DNA from: Octopus sinensis | Taxonomy: Eukaryota | DNA: 64,000 nt | Assembly (NCBI RefSeq): GCF_006345805.1 | Contig: NC_043005.1 | Location: 70,556,001 to 70,620,000, forward strand | Direction of reading: 5' to 3' | Shown here: positions 51,869-64,000 of the stretch, piece after piece | Position numbering within the stretch: position 1 is the stretch's first letter | Layout of the letters: each line of letters starts with the position of its first letter | Notes under the pieces: model-generated | Told to the model about the DNA's origin: nothing | The model's database searches: none | What the model saw: only the letters and a program-made list of their open reading frames with translations | Position numbers and translations under genes: made by a program

Positions 51869-52789
51869 CAGCAGCAACAACAACGACAACAGTAGTGATA
51901 ATGCGGATTATGATGATGGCGGTGGTGGTGGTGGTGGTGGTGGTTTCTTTTATTATCTGCAAGGGTTTAGATGAGAGGGTATGGAAAGAGCCAGTCTATG
52001 ACACCAAACATTTTGTCCGACGAGTTAACGATTCTATCAGTTCACCAACAACAAGAACTGCGAAGGCGAAGATGTGTGTGTTGGAAAACGTGACGTTTTA
52101 ACTAATCTCTAAATAAATGCAGTAGCGAAATTCGTTAGACGCCTTGGTCTGTGTGCAAATCCTGCCGTGATCGATTCTGCGTTTCAGTCATTTGGGCTCC
52201 ATAGAATAAAGTACTAATCTTGATTACTCAGACCCGAATGAAGCCGACTACTGTCGCAGAACTCGGTGATTACACCAAGTACTCGAACTGTCATCATTCT
52301 ATACCCAGTGTTATGTTGCCTTCTATACTCGCTCACTCTCATTCTTCTAATTACCTCGAATGCATGGACATATACGAGAATACCAAGATATATATATATA
52401 CCCAGGCCTATTTCCCCTTTTTTTTTAGGAGGGGATAGTCACAAGACATAAACCAGGCATTCCATTCATTTCCCAGCTGAAAGGGGCGAACCCTGTTCTA
52501 TGCTCGGGTGAAGGCATAAAAACGCAATCCCCTGGGTATGACTAAATTACATACGGTAGTGGGACCCTGGGGTCCTGGTTTCAGGGTTTGAGGAGTGTGG
52601 AACCACCTTTTAGCCACAATTGTTCTCAGGTCTACACTGTAAGGGTTCCAGCTATGGGTTAACTAGCAAACCGCACTGCGACTTTGTAGAATGCAATCGC
52701 CGTAGTCGCTGCGTGGCGTAAGAGCCGACAAAAAAAGGGGCGGGAGCAAAGGGACTGGAAATACTCTCCTAGTAAATCCATTTTTCTAA

Positions 52790-53715
52790 TAAGATAGCAT
52801 TGGCGAGGATCTATTTCGGGCTCCCTTAGTGTTCTACTGCTTTATCTGTTATCTTGTCCGTACTTCCATCGTACCTCTTGTGTGTCCATAACTTGCATTG
52901 TATGAAAATCGTACCTACCATTTTGCTACGTATCAGCAAGCTCATATCTTCGAAGGATGCAGAATGCTGTCTATTTTCCATCTTACCAATCTCTCTATAT
53001 ATATAAAGCTGAAGTTTGGTAGCCTTCAACTAACACTATCTCCTCCGACACCCTGCGGCGCAAGTTGACCAAAATTGATAGTATGATAGAAGAAGGCTTG
53101 CTCTTCATTCCGTAGAAGATAAGATTCAAATCGGACCATGTTAACACCAAAAGTTATTTACATTAAAGAGGTGCGTTTTTTTTTCTATGAAAATCCCTAT
53201 TTTTTGACTGCTGTGTCGCCATTTTTCGGTGTATTTCAACCAGAAAAATGTTCACTTAAAGAGAATAACAAGCTAAATAATGCAAAATGTTTACTTTTCA
53301 AAAATTCCAATTCTAAAGGGTCGAAACAAACCCGAGCAACGCCGGGCGATACTGCTAGTACTTCATAAAGTTAGCTTGAAACTGAGTTTTGCTTACACGT
53401 CAAGAAAGTTCCTAATCCCTTACAGATTCAGATATTAGAACAAAGTCATCGGTATATAGTGATTTCTAGGGGCATCCAGTCTTAAACTCTTCTGTTGTGG
53501 CCTGGAGGGTGTCATAATGGCAGGGTGCTGAGAAGTGATCCCTGGCGGATCTGCGACTGAACACTAAATTTGTCACTCTAATCCTTGCCAATTGTCAACT
53601 TGTCGGAATTCTCTATAGTGGATGTACGGCTCTCACAAACACTTCTCTATTTCCATCTTGCTCAGTAACCAGCAGATCACTGAGCGAGCGATCCCATGAA
53701 AAGCATTCTCCGGAT
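52790..53715 (-). mobile_element. RTE-clade LINE RT fragment, interrupted by a Helitron
   Basis: Minus strand: VDPENAF (DLEKAF), DKFSVQ..RQGSLLS, LQATTEEFKTGCP*KSLYTDDFVLISESV (YADD box); beyond the Helitron, IQCKLWTHKR (RTE Cys motif). Confidence 0.8.
52990..53358 (+). mobile_element. Non-autonomous Helitron
   Basis: A|TCTCTCTATATATATAAAG start; CCCGAGCAACGCCGGG hairpin; CTAG|T end; no TSD. Confidence 0.85.
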
Positions 53716-53912
53716 CGACGAATGCTAGCTAAGTACTGTTCCTGCAGTTACCTCACTTGCAAGGCTACAGCAGTACCACTTCTTTATGCAATAATGCTGA
53801 ATTTTATCTTATCTTTTCTAACTTTTCCCAATCAGTTGAAGCATATGTCCGTGAGGGTGCGCGCGCGTGTGAGTGCTCGTGCGTGCGTCTATACACGCGC
53901 ATATTTTTATAA

Positions 53913-53956
<44 letters not shown>

Positions 53957-54009
53957 GTATATATATATATACACAGACATATATATAAAGATACATATTA
54001 CATATATGG

Positions 54010-54072
<63 letters not shown>

Positions 54073-54136
54073 ATATATGCGCACAATCATACATATAAAT
54101 ACAAATATTTCTATTATTATATAATACTACTCATGG

Positions 54137-54169
<33 letters not shown>

Positions 54170-55655
54170 CACATCCTTTATTATACAATGCAAATCTACT
54201 TTGCTTGCATATCAGTAAATATTGAGCTTTTCAGAAAACTTCTTTTCAATATTTTTCTCTTTTTAATATAATTTTCCTTTCTCTCTTTTTTTCCCTCCTT
54301 TACTTTTCTAATAATTGTTGCCACCATCAGGCATTTAAAAGACAAATAGCAAATACTTCCTTAATGTTCTTGTGCGTTTCCTGGAATTTCAATGCCAATA
54401 ACTCTAGGAGGATGTATAGCAATATCTGAATGGAATAATGAATATAGATTCAAACACTTGTGATGCATTAACATACAAATTGCACCTCTTCAGCTGATGC
54501 ATTACTCTAACATATTCAAGCCACTGGTGTGGCTGCGAATATGATTGTGTTAGTATATTGCAGTTAATTCACCTTCCTCTATGTAACGTAGTTATGCGTA
54601 TGTGTGTATGTCGAGATTTAAGCAGAAGGGTTAACCTAAGCCAAAACAGAACTTTCATTGTATTAATGTGTGTGTGTGTGTGTGTGAAGTGTGAGAGTGT
54701 CTAAAGACAAATACCAGAACGTATGCACACACACCCACACATACACACACATACACGCACGCAAACACACACACACACACACACACACATACACAATTTT
54801 TTAACATACTAACCCTCAGGACAGGACACATAAGAATTTCCTTGTGTAATGACAGCAGAAAGCTTTGAAAAATCTCACGGAGATCGCAGATGTCTTTGTA
54901 AAGGTCTTGGCCTTTCATTTCTTTGAAAATTGATGTTTGGTGACCCCTTTCTATAGCTGAATAACACTATTGAAGCAGATCTCTCCGATAAAGGAAGCTG
55001 CTAGAAAGTGAATATATTCCGCTGAAAACTTACCAGTTGTTCCTAATATTCACATATATATATTTTAGTAGTGGGTCTTGATAAGGTTTTTCATATCACT
55101 TATTGGAAAACTTTTTCTCTCTCTCAACTCACCCTCACATCATCTGCAGTTTCTGTCTGATACCCTATGTCTCACACATTCTGTCTCTTTATCTTTTATT
55201 TATTTCTCTCTTTCTCGTTCGTATTGTGCAATTCTCTATCTAGTATAATGATTTATATCGTTCACACATAATACCCTATCAATAAACAAATATTTCCTGA
55301 TAGCCTATCCTAATAGATTTCTACTAGAGTTTGTTTCCAAACAATACATTCCTAGACAAATGATCCATTCCATTTAAAGCAGACAATGCCAAGGAAAAAG
55401 CCAACTAAATTATTGATCCGTAAAATTATAAACCACAGTTGAGATCTTTCACAACACCATTTATTTATTTTATTTACTTATCTGTCTGTTTGTCAATATC
55501 TACCAACCTTATATATGTATATGCATACAGACACACACACACACGCACACACACACATATATATTTACGTACATACAAACCGACACACACACACATATGT
55601 ATGCATCTATATATGTTGTGTATGTATATATCTCTATATTTATATGCATGTGTGC

Positions 55656-55708
<53 letters not shown>

Positions 55709-55765
55709 TATATGTGTATATATATATATATACACACATACTTATATGTGTATATATATATATAC

Positions 55766-55796
<31 letters not shown>

Positions 55797-55916
55797 AACA
55801 TACATATATACCTGTGTATATTATGTATATAGGTAGATATATTATGTATATAGAGATGCATATGTTCACACATGCACAAAAACACACGCATACATATATA
55901 TATTTCTCTTTCTCCT

Positions 55917-55947
<31 letters not shown>

Positions 55948-57205
55948 GTATGCATATTCATATATAAATACAGCAAACATTCAAATATATAAGCATATGT
56001 TCATATATATGTATGTGTGTGTGCATGTATGCGTGTGTGTGGATATGTAGTTATATGCATTTATAGACAGATACATTTATATGTGTTGGGGGAATTGTAT
56101 GTATGTAAGTATTTAATGTCTATCTTATATTTCATTTACAAGATAGTCGGAGAAAAGAAAGAGAAAAGTGCAGTGCTTGTGACCTTTGCAGACACTTAGA
56201 GACCTTGGTATGAATATATGTTGGTCGTTACTTAGAAAAAGTGTAATTCTGAAAAGAAATACCAACGGTTTGATTTCTAGAGAGGAAGGATTGTGTAAGA
56301 TATTCACCACTCGTCTGGATGGAAGTGAGACAGTGAGTCTAATGAGCGTAAGAAATGCATCAAGATGAAGTGGGCCTGACTGAGGAGGTATGTAATGCAG
56401 TGACGTAACTAATAGGGGTGCAAAAGGAGCAACTGCTCTTCCCGAGCAAATTTTCAAAATTGGCATCTTTTCAATAAATGTTTTTAACTCTTCCGTTCAC
56501 TCCTGCGACAAAAGTCGAATCTCTTTTTTTTTTCATTTTGTTTTTCTTTTTGTTGCTATTTTCTTAATTGCATGGTCTTGCAAAAACTTTCTGGAGTCGT
56601 TATTTCATTTGAGCAACCTCCCGTGTTTTTCAACTCTTTGCTCAATCTCCTGTGATATATTGGTGACTGCTGACTTCTAAAGAACCAAAACAAACCCTGT
56701 CGTCATAACCTCTCGACACTGGAATTTCATCTTTTCCACTTCACATCTGTTTCAATAGTTGTAACTCCCATGCATAATGACACTGTTACTGAAACAGGAA
56801 ATTAATGAATATATAAAATCCAATTACGTATATTATAACTAATGAAATATCTTGCGTAATATAAGAGAAATACTTGGTATGTGTCATGGCGCCTTTCTTC
56901 TTTCCTTGTGTTCATTCTATCCAATTTGAAACCCTGGCTACTCCTCTGATGCAACGGCATACCAAGAGTGCGTCAATGATAGCCCTTGAGTTTACCGCCC
57001 AGCGCCGTATTATAAGCCAATAAAAGCATGTGAAGCTAACCAAAAGTGTCACCCTCATAAAAGAACCACCCAGAGCTGACTGCCTCCCTTTTCGACCCAA
57101 ACTAACTCTGCAACCAGGTTGTGACATGAAGGAGGCGAAGCAACCGCTCTTATCATAGGTAGTTAAGATGCAGATAGACCTTCGTTGGTTATTATGTATT
57201 TTATG

Positions 57206-57605
57206 CAAGGCAGCGAGCTGGCAGAAACGTTAGCACGCCGGGCGAAATGCTTAGCGGTATTTCGTCTGCCGTTACGTTCTGAGTTCAAATTCTGCCGAGG
57301 TCAACCTTGCCTTTCATCCTTTCGGGGTCGATTAAATAAGTACCAGTTACGCACTGGGGTCGATATAAGCGACTTAATCCGTTTGTCTGTCCTTGTTTGT
57401 CCTCTCCGTATTTAGCCACTTGTGGGTGGTAAAGAAATAGGTATTTCGTCTACCGCTACGCTCTGAGTTCAAATTCCGCCGAGGTCGACTTTGTCTTTCA
57501 CACTTTCGAGGTCGATAAATTAAGTACCAGTTGAGTACTGGGGTCGATGTAATCGACTTACCCCTCCCTCCAAATTTCAGGCCTTGTGCCTATAGTAGAA
57601 AAGAT
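57206..57605 (+). mobile_element. SINE family B dimer (standard tail, then alternative tail)
   Basis: Head at 57206; junction AAAGAAATA|GGTATTTCGTC at ~57440; ends GGCCTTGTGCCTATAGTAGAAAAGATT. Confidence 0.9.
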
Positions 57606-57867
57606 TAGGTATTTATGCGAACACACGAGGTCTGTGTGAGAGTATGTTACAGACTGACATACACACAAACACACATACACATACACACTCACTCACGCAC
57701 ACAAACGCACACACGTACTCGCACGTTCGCTCAGACACACACATACACACTACAAACAAAAGTGCAAATGGCCATCTGCATGCGACAGTAGTGATGTAGT
57801 CAGTATGCTGAACATTTAGCGAAGAACTATTTTGATTTATTATAGAAATATCTTGAAATCATGCTCA

Positions 57868-58080
57868 AGCGTGGTCGTCTGGTAAGACATTTGCTTCCAT
57901 TCCACATGGTTCCTGGTTCAGTCCCACTGCATGGCACTTTGGCAAGTGTCTTCTACTATAGCCCTCGGGCCGACCAAAACCTTGAGTGGATTTGGTAGGC
58001 GGAAACTGAAAGTAGCCCATAATATATGTGTGCATGTGTGTGTGTGTGTCTTTGTGTCTGTGTTTGTCTCCCAACACGAT
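57868..58080 (+). mobile_element. Degenerate SINE family A 5' half
   Basis: GGTTCAGTCCCACTGCATGGCACTTTGGCAAGTGTCTTCTACTATAGCC. Confidence 0.8.
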
Positions 58081-58154
58081 CAGGCTGATCGCTCGATCGT
58101 GTCAACTGGAACATTCATCGCCATAGCCGACGGAGAACCAGACAGTATGTATTT

Positions 58155-58394
58155 AAGGCGGCGAGCTGGCAGAATCGTTAGCACGCCGGGCGGGCGAAAT
58201 GCGTAGCCGTATTTCGTCTGCCGTTACGTTCTGAGTTCAAATTCTGCCGAGGTCGACTTTGCCTTTCATCCTTTCGGGGTCGATAAATTAAGTACCAGTT
58301 ACGCATTGGGGTCGATGTAACCCGTCTTAATCCGTTTGTCTGTCCTTGTTTGTCTCCCCGCTGTGTTTAGCCCCTTGTGGGTAGTAAAGAAATA
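58155..58394 (+). mobile_element. SINE family B with 11-bp TSD
   Basis: AGTATGTATTT at 58144-58154 and 58395-58405. Confidence 0.95.
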
Positions 58395-59679
58395 AGTATG
58401 TATTTGTGGGTGTGTGTGTGTGTATGTCTTTATAAATTTATGTATATGCATATGCATATGTTCATGTGTGTGATGCATGTTTTTGTGTGTGAGAGAAAGG
58501 AGAGAGAGAGAGAGGGGCAGTGCAAAGAAGTTCAAAATGTATCTATAGCGTAATTATGACGTCATAATATCAGTGATGTTTGCCCGGAGCTTTTTTGAAC
58601 AATGCTTTTCTGTCTCTTTCAACATTATGCGATGATTAGAGAGAAGGAAATATGGAAAGCAGATGAAGAAGTTTCCTATACTTCGTCCGTTGGTGTTGAA
58701 TGAAGGCGACATCTTTGACAACACTGTATTTCGAATTAGGAAGCGAACTTACAAGAACTAAAGGATAACGTCTACTCTTGATTATAATAATCTTTATGTG
58801 TGGCTGAAACCACGGTTATGACGGCAGTTTCTTCCCGAAATTGAGGAATATATTCGCTGCAAAAATAGTTCGGCCATCAATGTTTCCTTGATGGTTCATT
58901 CATACGTAACGAATGAAGTCCATGTTTGCATTTCACTACACAACACTTCAGCATTTGATACTCCCATGCTGGATGTACACGCAACCGTTACTGCTCCTCT
59001 GAATACTACACATGCCATGCGGACGAAAAACGGAAGTGGCGATATTTCACTAGCGCAGATGTGTATAGTACCACAACAGCCACAGCGAAAGCATTTCACC
59101 TTTACTTGGATATCAGTCAAGCTTTTGAAACACACCCTTTTATCCTCTAGACACTGATACGTGCGTAGATTAATACTTTTCTTTGAAAGTGAGATGGTGG
59201 TTACACCTATCAGACTCGCTCGTTCTCACTCAATATGCCCAGTGGCAAGATAAATTAAACTCTACTACATGAGAATACAGGAGATACACAAAATGGCTAA
59301 ACAGCTATTCAGAACTTACAATACCATCTAACTTGGTGAATGACGAGCATAAAATATTATATGCTTCCAGGCATCATCACGAGTTTCGTGACAGTACGTT
59401 GTTACATACACAGTTAACCACACTGTTCTGCTGCTGGCTACTTCGATATTGTTTCCTTATTTCTTCCAGGAAACATTCGAATGAAATACGAACATGCCTC
59501 TAAGAGACACACATATTTAATATGCATATACATATACATAATCAGATGACCATTGGCTCCCTTGGATGACCATAAGCCATTTGATACTTTTTGTTTCTTG
59601 TAGTATCTAAAATTACTTACCTCAAAACACTAGCTTACCAGTTTAGTCACTGACCACCATGTAACAAAGTATATTCACT

Positions 59680-60075
59680 TTTATTTGTTTCAGTCATTTG
59701 ACTGTGGCCATGATGGAGCACCGCCTTTAGTCTAGCAAATCGACCCCAGGACTTATTCTTTGTAAGCCTAGCACTTATTCTATCGGTCTCTTTTGCCGAA
59801 CCGCTAAGTTACGGGGACCTAAACACACCAGCATCGGTTATCAAGCGATGCTGGGGAGACGAACACAGACACACAAACATTTACATACACATATATATAT
59901 ATATATGCATATATACGACGGGCTTCTTTCAGTTTCCGTCTACCAAATCCACTCACAAGCCTTTGGTCGGCCCGAGGCTATAATAGAAGACACTTGCCCA
60001 AGGTGCCACGCAGTGGGACTGAACCCGGAACCATGTGGTAGGTGAGCAAGCTACTTACCACACAGCCACTCCTAC
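59680..60075 (-). mobile_element. SINE family A, full length
   Basis: Complete rc head, body and tail. Confidence 0.95.
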
Positions 60076-61447
60076 TTTTTATTGGTAGCACTGTCGTGGG
60101 TCCTTATCTTACACACACGCATGCACGTATTTCTGACCGCGTATGTGAGTACATATACGTATGCATTTATGCATGATATTTACAAGACGTTAATTTAAGC
60201 AATTCGTATAGATGTAAGACTAATTTATGTAAGTAGCCTCGCAGAGCGCTCCAGATTTATGCATATTTTTATGCAATCAGGATACTATGAAGTATCAGAC
60301 ATGTCTAGTACCTCTTGCAAAGGATACAGTCTTCCCTTCGCTTTTATATAAGAAGTCTGATATCTCTTATACAATTTTTTACTTTTTGTTCATAACTCAG
60401 TAGTTCTATTTACAACGAGGAAGCGCAAAGAGGCGGCAAAAATCTGTGAAAATGGTGCAATTACCTGTACGTATGTATGTTTGTATGTATGTATGTATGT
60501 ATGCATAAAGGGGCGGCAAAAATCTGTGAAAAAAGAGCAATTACCTGTATGTATGCATGTATGCATATATGTACATTTGCATGCATGTACATATACATGT
60601 GAACATGCCTACGTACAAGCACGAAGTGCAATGAGAGAGATTTGGTTCCTAATTCTACGAGAGCTACCTATTGTTCGGTGAATCTCTTGGGCGGATCAAA
60701 TGTACATCTGAAGATAAGAGAATAATTTATAGTACGGGGAATGTGGTTACATGGTTTGTTCATGCATAGATATCCACATAAAACACTAGAGAGTGATGTG
60801 AGGGAGACCGAGATATAATTTCCATTATGATTTGATATAAGATACATCTGCCTTCGTAGATTCTTAGGCGTTTTACGTGGATACATAAGATTTGTGCGCG
60901 TACAAGTATTACACACGCACGCACACACACACATACACACACGAGTATACGTACACACTGAGACACACACACAAACACATACACACGCACACACACACAC
61001 ACACAAGCCTACATACACATTGTCACACGCACACATCCACACACACTTCCACACTCATCTAAAAATACAGAGACACGCATGTAGAAACACACGAACATCC
61101 GCATTCAGATAAACAACACACACATATAAATAAACTGAATATGTCCGCAGTGTGTGTGTGTGGCTCGCGCCTGTGCACGTGCGTGCGTATGTGTGACAGA
61201 AACAAGATTAGAATACCAAAGGGATGATGGAAGAGAGAGTGTATGAAAGAGACAGAGAAATAAGCACAACATATAAAAACAAACACAAAAATACACCCAT
61301 ACACAGAGACCCAGAAACGTGCGCACGCTTTTTACAAAAGGTGCATCCGGTTATACGTTTTCTATAATAGTGATATACGCAATATGTTGAACTTTATTGA
61401 AGAGTCCATTTTGTTTTATTAAAGAAATATCTCGAAATGTTGCTCAG

Positions 61448-61670
61448 ACGTGGCTGTGTGATAAGAGCTTTACCTCCAAACCACATGGTTCCGGGTTCAG
61501 TCCCATTGCATGACGCCTTGGGTAGGTGTTTTATAATATAGCTTCGGGCCGACCAAAGCCTTGTGGGTGGATTTGGTAGACACAAACTGAAAGAGGTCCG
61601 TCATATGTGTGTGTGAGAGAGAGAGAGAGAGAGGGAGTGAGAGTGTGGGTGTGTGTGTGTGTGTTTGTGC

Positions 61671-61705
<35 letters not shown>

Positions 61706-61925
61706 CCTTTGTATCTGTTTGTCTCCCACAACCGCTTGACAACCGTTGTTGGTGTACTTACGGCCCTATAATTTAGCGCTCTGCAAAGAACAACAAAAAA
61801 GCGATAGACTAATACGAGGCTTTAGAAAAAGCAAGGACTGGCATCGATTGGTTTGACTAAAATTCTTCAAGATATCGCCCCAGCATGGCTGCAGTCAAAT
61901 GACTAAAACGTGTAAAGAATAAAAG
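61448..61925 (+). mobile_element. Degenerate SINE family A
   Basis: GTGGCTGTGTGATAAG...CCAGCATGGCTGCAGTCAAATGACT. Confidence 0.85.
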
Positions 61926-62078
61926 ATAAACGTTTTGATAATAATAAACGTTTTAATAAGATATTCACTATGTTTGTAAGTTACACTGTGTTGATACACG
62001 AATGATTATATGCTCTGTGGCCATAATTTTGTGCTTCATTATTCTTAATTCAGTTTAATTACAAGAAATTTGGGCATT

Positions 62079-62340
62079 CTTTCGATATAACTCGACAAAA
62101 TCAAAACATTTCACTTCGGGTATTTCCGTGGGTTGTGGAGTATATATATAACGAAATTATGCCAGCAATGTCTCATTTTAAACTTGAAGAAAAAAAAGCC
62201 TTGCATATTTGTTGTTATCTGTTTTATGCGTGTATGTAAACTCCGCAAATTTCCAATCAGAAAACAGGATCGAACTGTCATTTGCTTCCACGGAAATATT
62301 CGAGATGAAATGTTTTGATTTTGTCGAGTTATATCGAAAG
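62079..62340. mobile_element. MITE-like element with 53-bp terminal inverted repeats
   Basis: CTTTCGATATAACTCGACAAAATCAAAACATTTCA..CG..TATTTCCGTGG at left equals the rc of 62288-62340 with about 4 mismatches; TSD not clear. Confidence 0.8.
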
Positions 62341-63249
62341 AAATTTGTAAGCGTGAATGTGCCAAGAGTGAAGTATATGTTCCAGGTTGGAACCCCTTAA
62401 TCTCCTGTTTGGAAATTCCTTGGTGAAATGTCCATACGGTTAGAGTAACACTGCTTTACTCCTAGTAATTATGCTATGGTACCAATCAAGTTACACAGTA
62501 TGTTTAAAAACTCAACGGTACATAAAAGAACCTTACAACCTCGAAAACAAGAACATGATTCTGACTTCCCTATAGTCGTAAGATATTTGGTTGAGCCTCT
62601 TGTTTCACACATTCTCTAGCCTCTGATCTCCGCAAAAGTTTGAAAAGAACTTGAAATTTTCAAAAACAAAAGCTCAAACGCCACTGTTATAATCATCATC
62701 ACAATATGGAAATATCTAAACTTCTTTGGACTACACATTTTTCTTGCTCTCACTCTCTTTTTCTTTATCATTATGTGTGTCTCTCTTTTTTCTCATGCAC
62801 ACACAAATACACACCTATAGATATAGATATATTATTCATATATAGCTTTCACTTCTACCGTTCTTGAAATCAGCACGTTTTCAACGGTTTTTCTTAGAAG
62901 CTGACAAAGGTTGTAGGAAATATTTGGCGATAGGATAGTGATAACAGGAATTCGATTTCGTTACGATGAATTGCCACCAGTGGTAATATTTGACAATTTG
63001 ATGAAACATGTGTTGTGACTTCATGTGGATTTTTAAACAAAAGGAAGCTAACAAGATACAAGACTGATAAGTACACACTTTATTTAAAAACAGTAAAAGG
63101 AAGCTACTTGCTTACAGGAGGCAAGTAAGTCATTTCATCTTCATTTCATTTATATTCATAATTTATTCGTTATATGGTTTTATGTATCCTAATATATTGT
63201 TTTGTCTGTCTTTTGTGTTGTCCCTTCTCTATGAGGCCTTGTGCCTAAT

Positions 63250-63780
63250 TAAAGAAATAATGGGAGTTGAGCTTAAGCCTAGGCGCAGTAAGAGCCACCG
63301 ATGACCCTTGAAATGTGAATACAAACGGAATAAAACAATTTTCGCGTAAATCGGACCACGGATTCCCGAGATACAGGCTTTTTGTAGGTACCTTGATAAC
63401 AAACGAAAATGGTGCATGATGGGAACATACTCCGAAAGTAACATAACCCTGAAATGGGAAAATTGTTTCCATTGAGTTTATGTTTATGTTACATAACAAT
63501 TTCTTTTGCATCTTTATAGAAGTGTGCACATACCCCGTAAATAAATGCTGTTACTGGAGTTCATGTTAATTCCGGAAGTTCTGTTTCTACTAGATGCTGT
63601 AAATAATCAATAATACCTTAAACAAGAACTTGCAAACAAGACCTATGATGACACGGACGAATTTAAATATTTAACTGAATCATCATAAAAATTAACTCTC
63701 ATTTCAATGCAATGCGGAAATCGGCTTCACTGTTATATAAGTTGAACCGACAGTGACCCAACGGGTCACGGATAGTCTAG
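63250..63780 (+). mobile_element. Probable second-family non-autonomous Helitron (3' end firm, 5' end uncertain)
   Basis: Perfect hairpin GTGACCC-AAC-GGGTCAC (63753-63769), 7-nt spacer, CTAG|T at 63777-63781. Confidence 0.6.
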
Positions 63781-63810
63781 TAAATATATATGTATATATA
63801 TATATATATT

Positions 63811-63854
<44 letters not shown>

Positions 63855-63959
63855 ACGTGACCAACCAGACCATCAGATGTTGTTACACATCGCTGGTCAC
63901 AATGCGTTCGCATTGTTTTAGCCTTTGAATGACGCCACCCCGCTGGCTAAGCGAGCAGG

Positions 63960-63996
<37 letters not shown>

Positions 63997-64000
63997 AAAG

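Noticed and set aside
56399-56470. hAT-like ends (CAGTGACGTAACT; also CAGTGTTTCTCAA at ~14539)
   Set aside because: No matching opposite terminus or 8-bp TSD found.
58940-59150. Cys-rich open frame GCTRNRYCSSEYYTCHADEKRKWRYF
   Set aside because: An in-frame stop lies between it and the nearest acceptor; no recognised domain.

Overview
AT-rich, repeat-saturated animal DNA, intergenic or intronic. The SINE families and microsatellite load point to an octopus (coleoid cephalopod); this is inferred from recalled repeat families, not from a search. I can support no intact host gene, and almost every ORF in the track is a translated (TA)/(CA)/(TACA)/(ATT) microsatellite or SINE. The window holds dozens of tRNA-derived SINEs in four families, decayed Penelope-like (PLE), R4/Dong, RTE and CR1/L2 fragments, non-autonomous Helitrons, Tc1/mariner MITEs and long inverted repeats. 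Best leads: (1) three PLE-terminal copies of a minimal, dimer-type hammerhead ribozyme motif with a conserved non-canonical core (CUGU(A/U)GA-A) at 4.6, 20.5 and 42.8 kb; (2) a TSD-flanked chimeric SINE insertion at 38.5-39.1 kb containing an inverted copy of the 5' flank of a SINE 24 kb away; (3) an unidentified decayed protein-like region at 24.7-25.7 kb; (4) a ~350-bp fold-back palindrome at 32.8-33.1 kb; (5) SINE multimers forming a ~183-bp satellite at 48.7-49.4 kb. Coordinates were read by eye and element boundaries are approximate.
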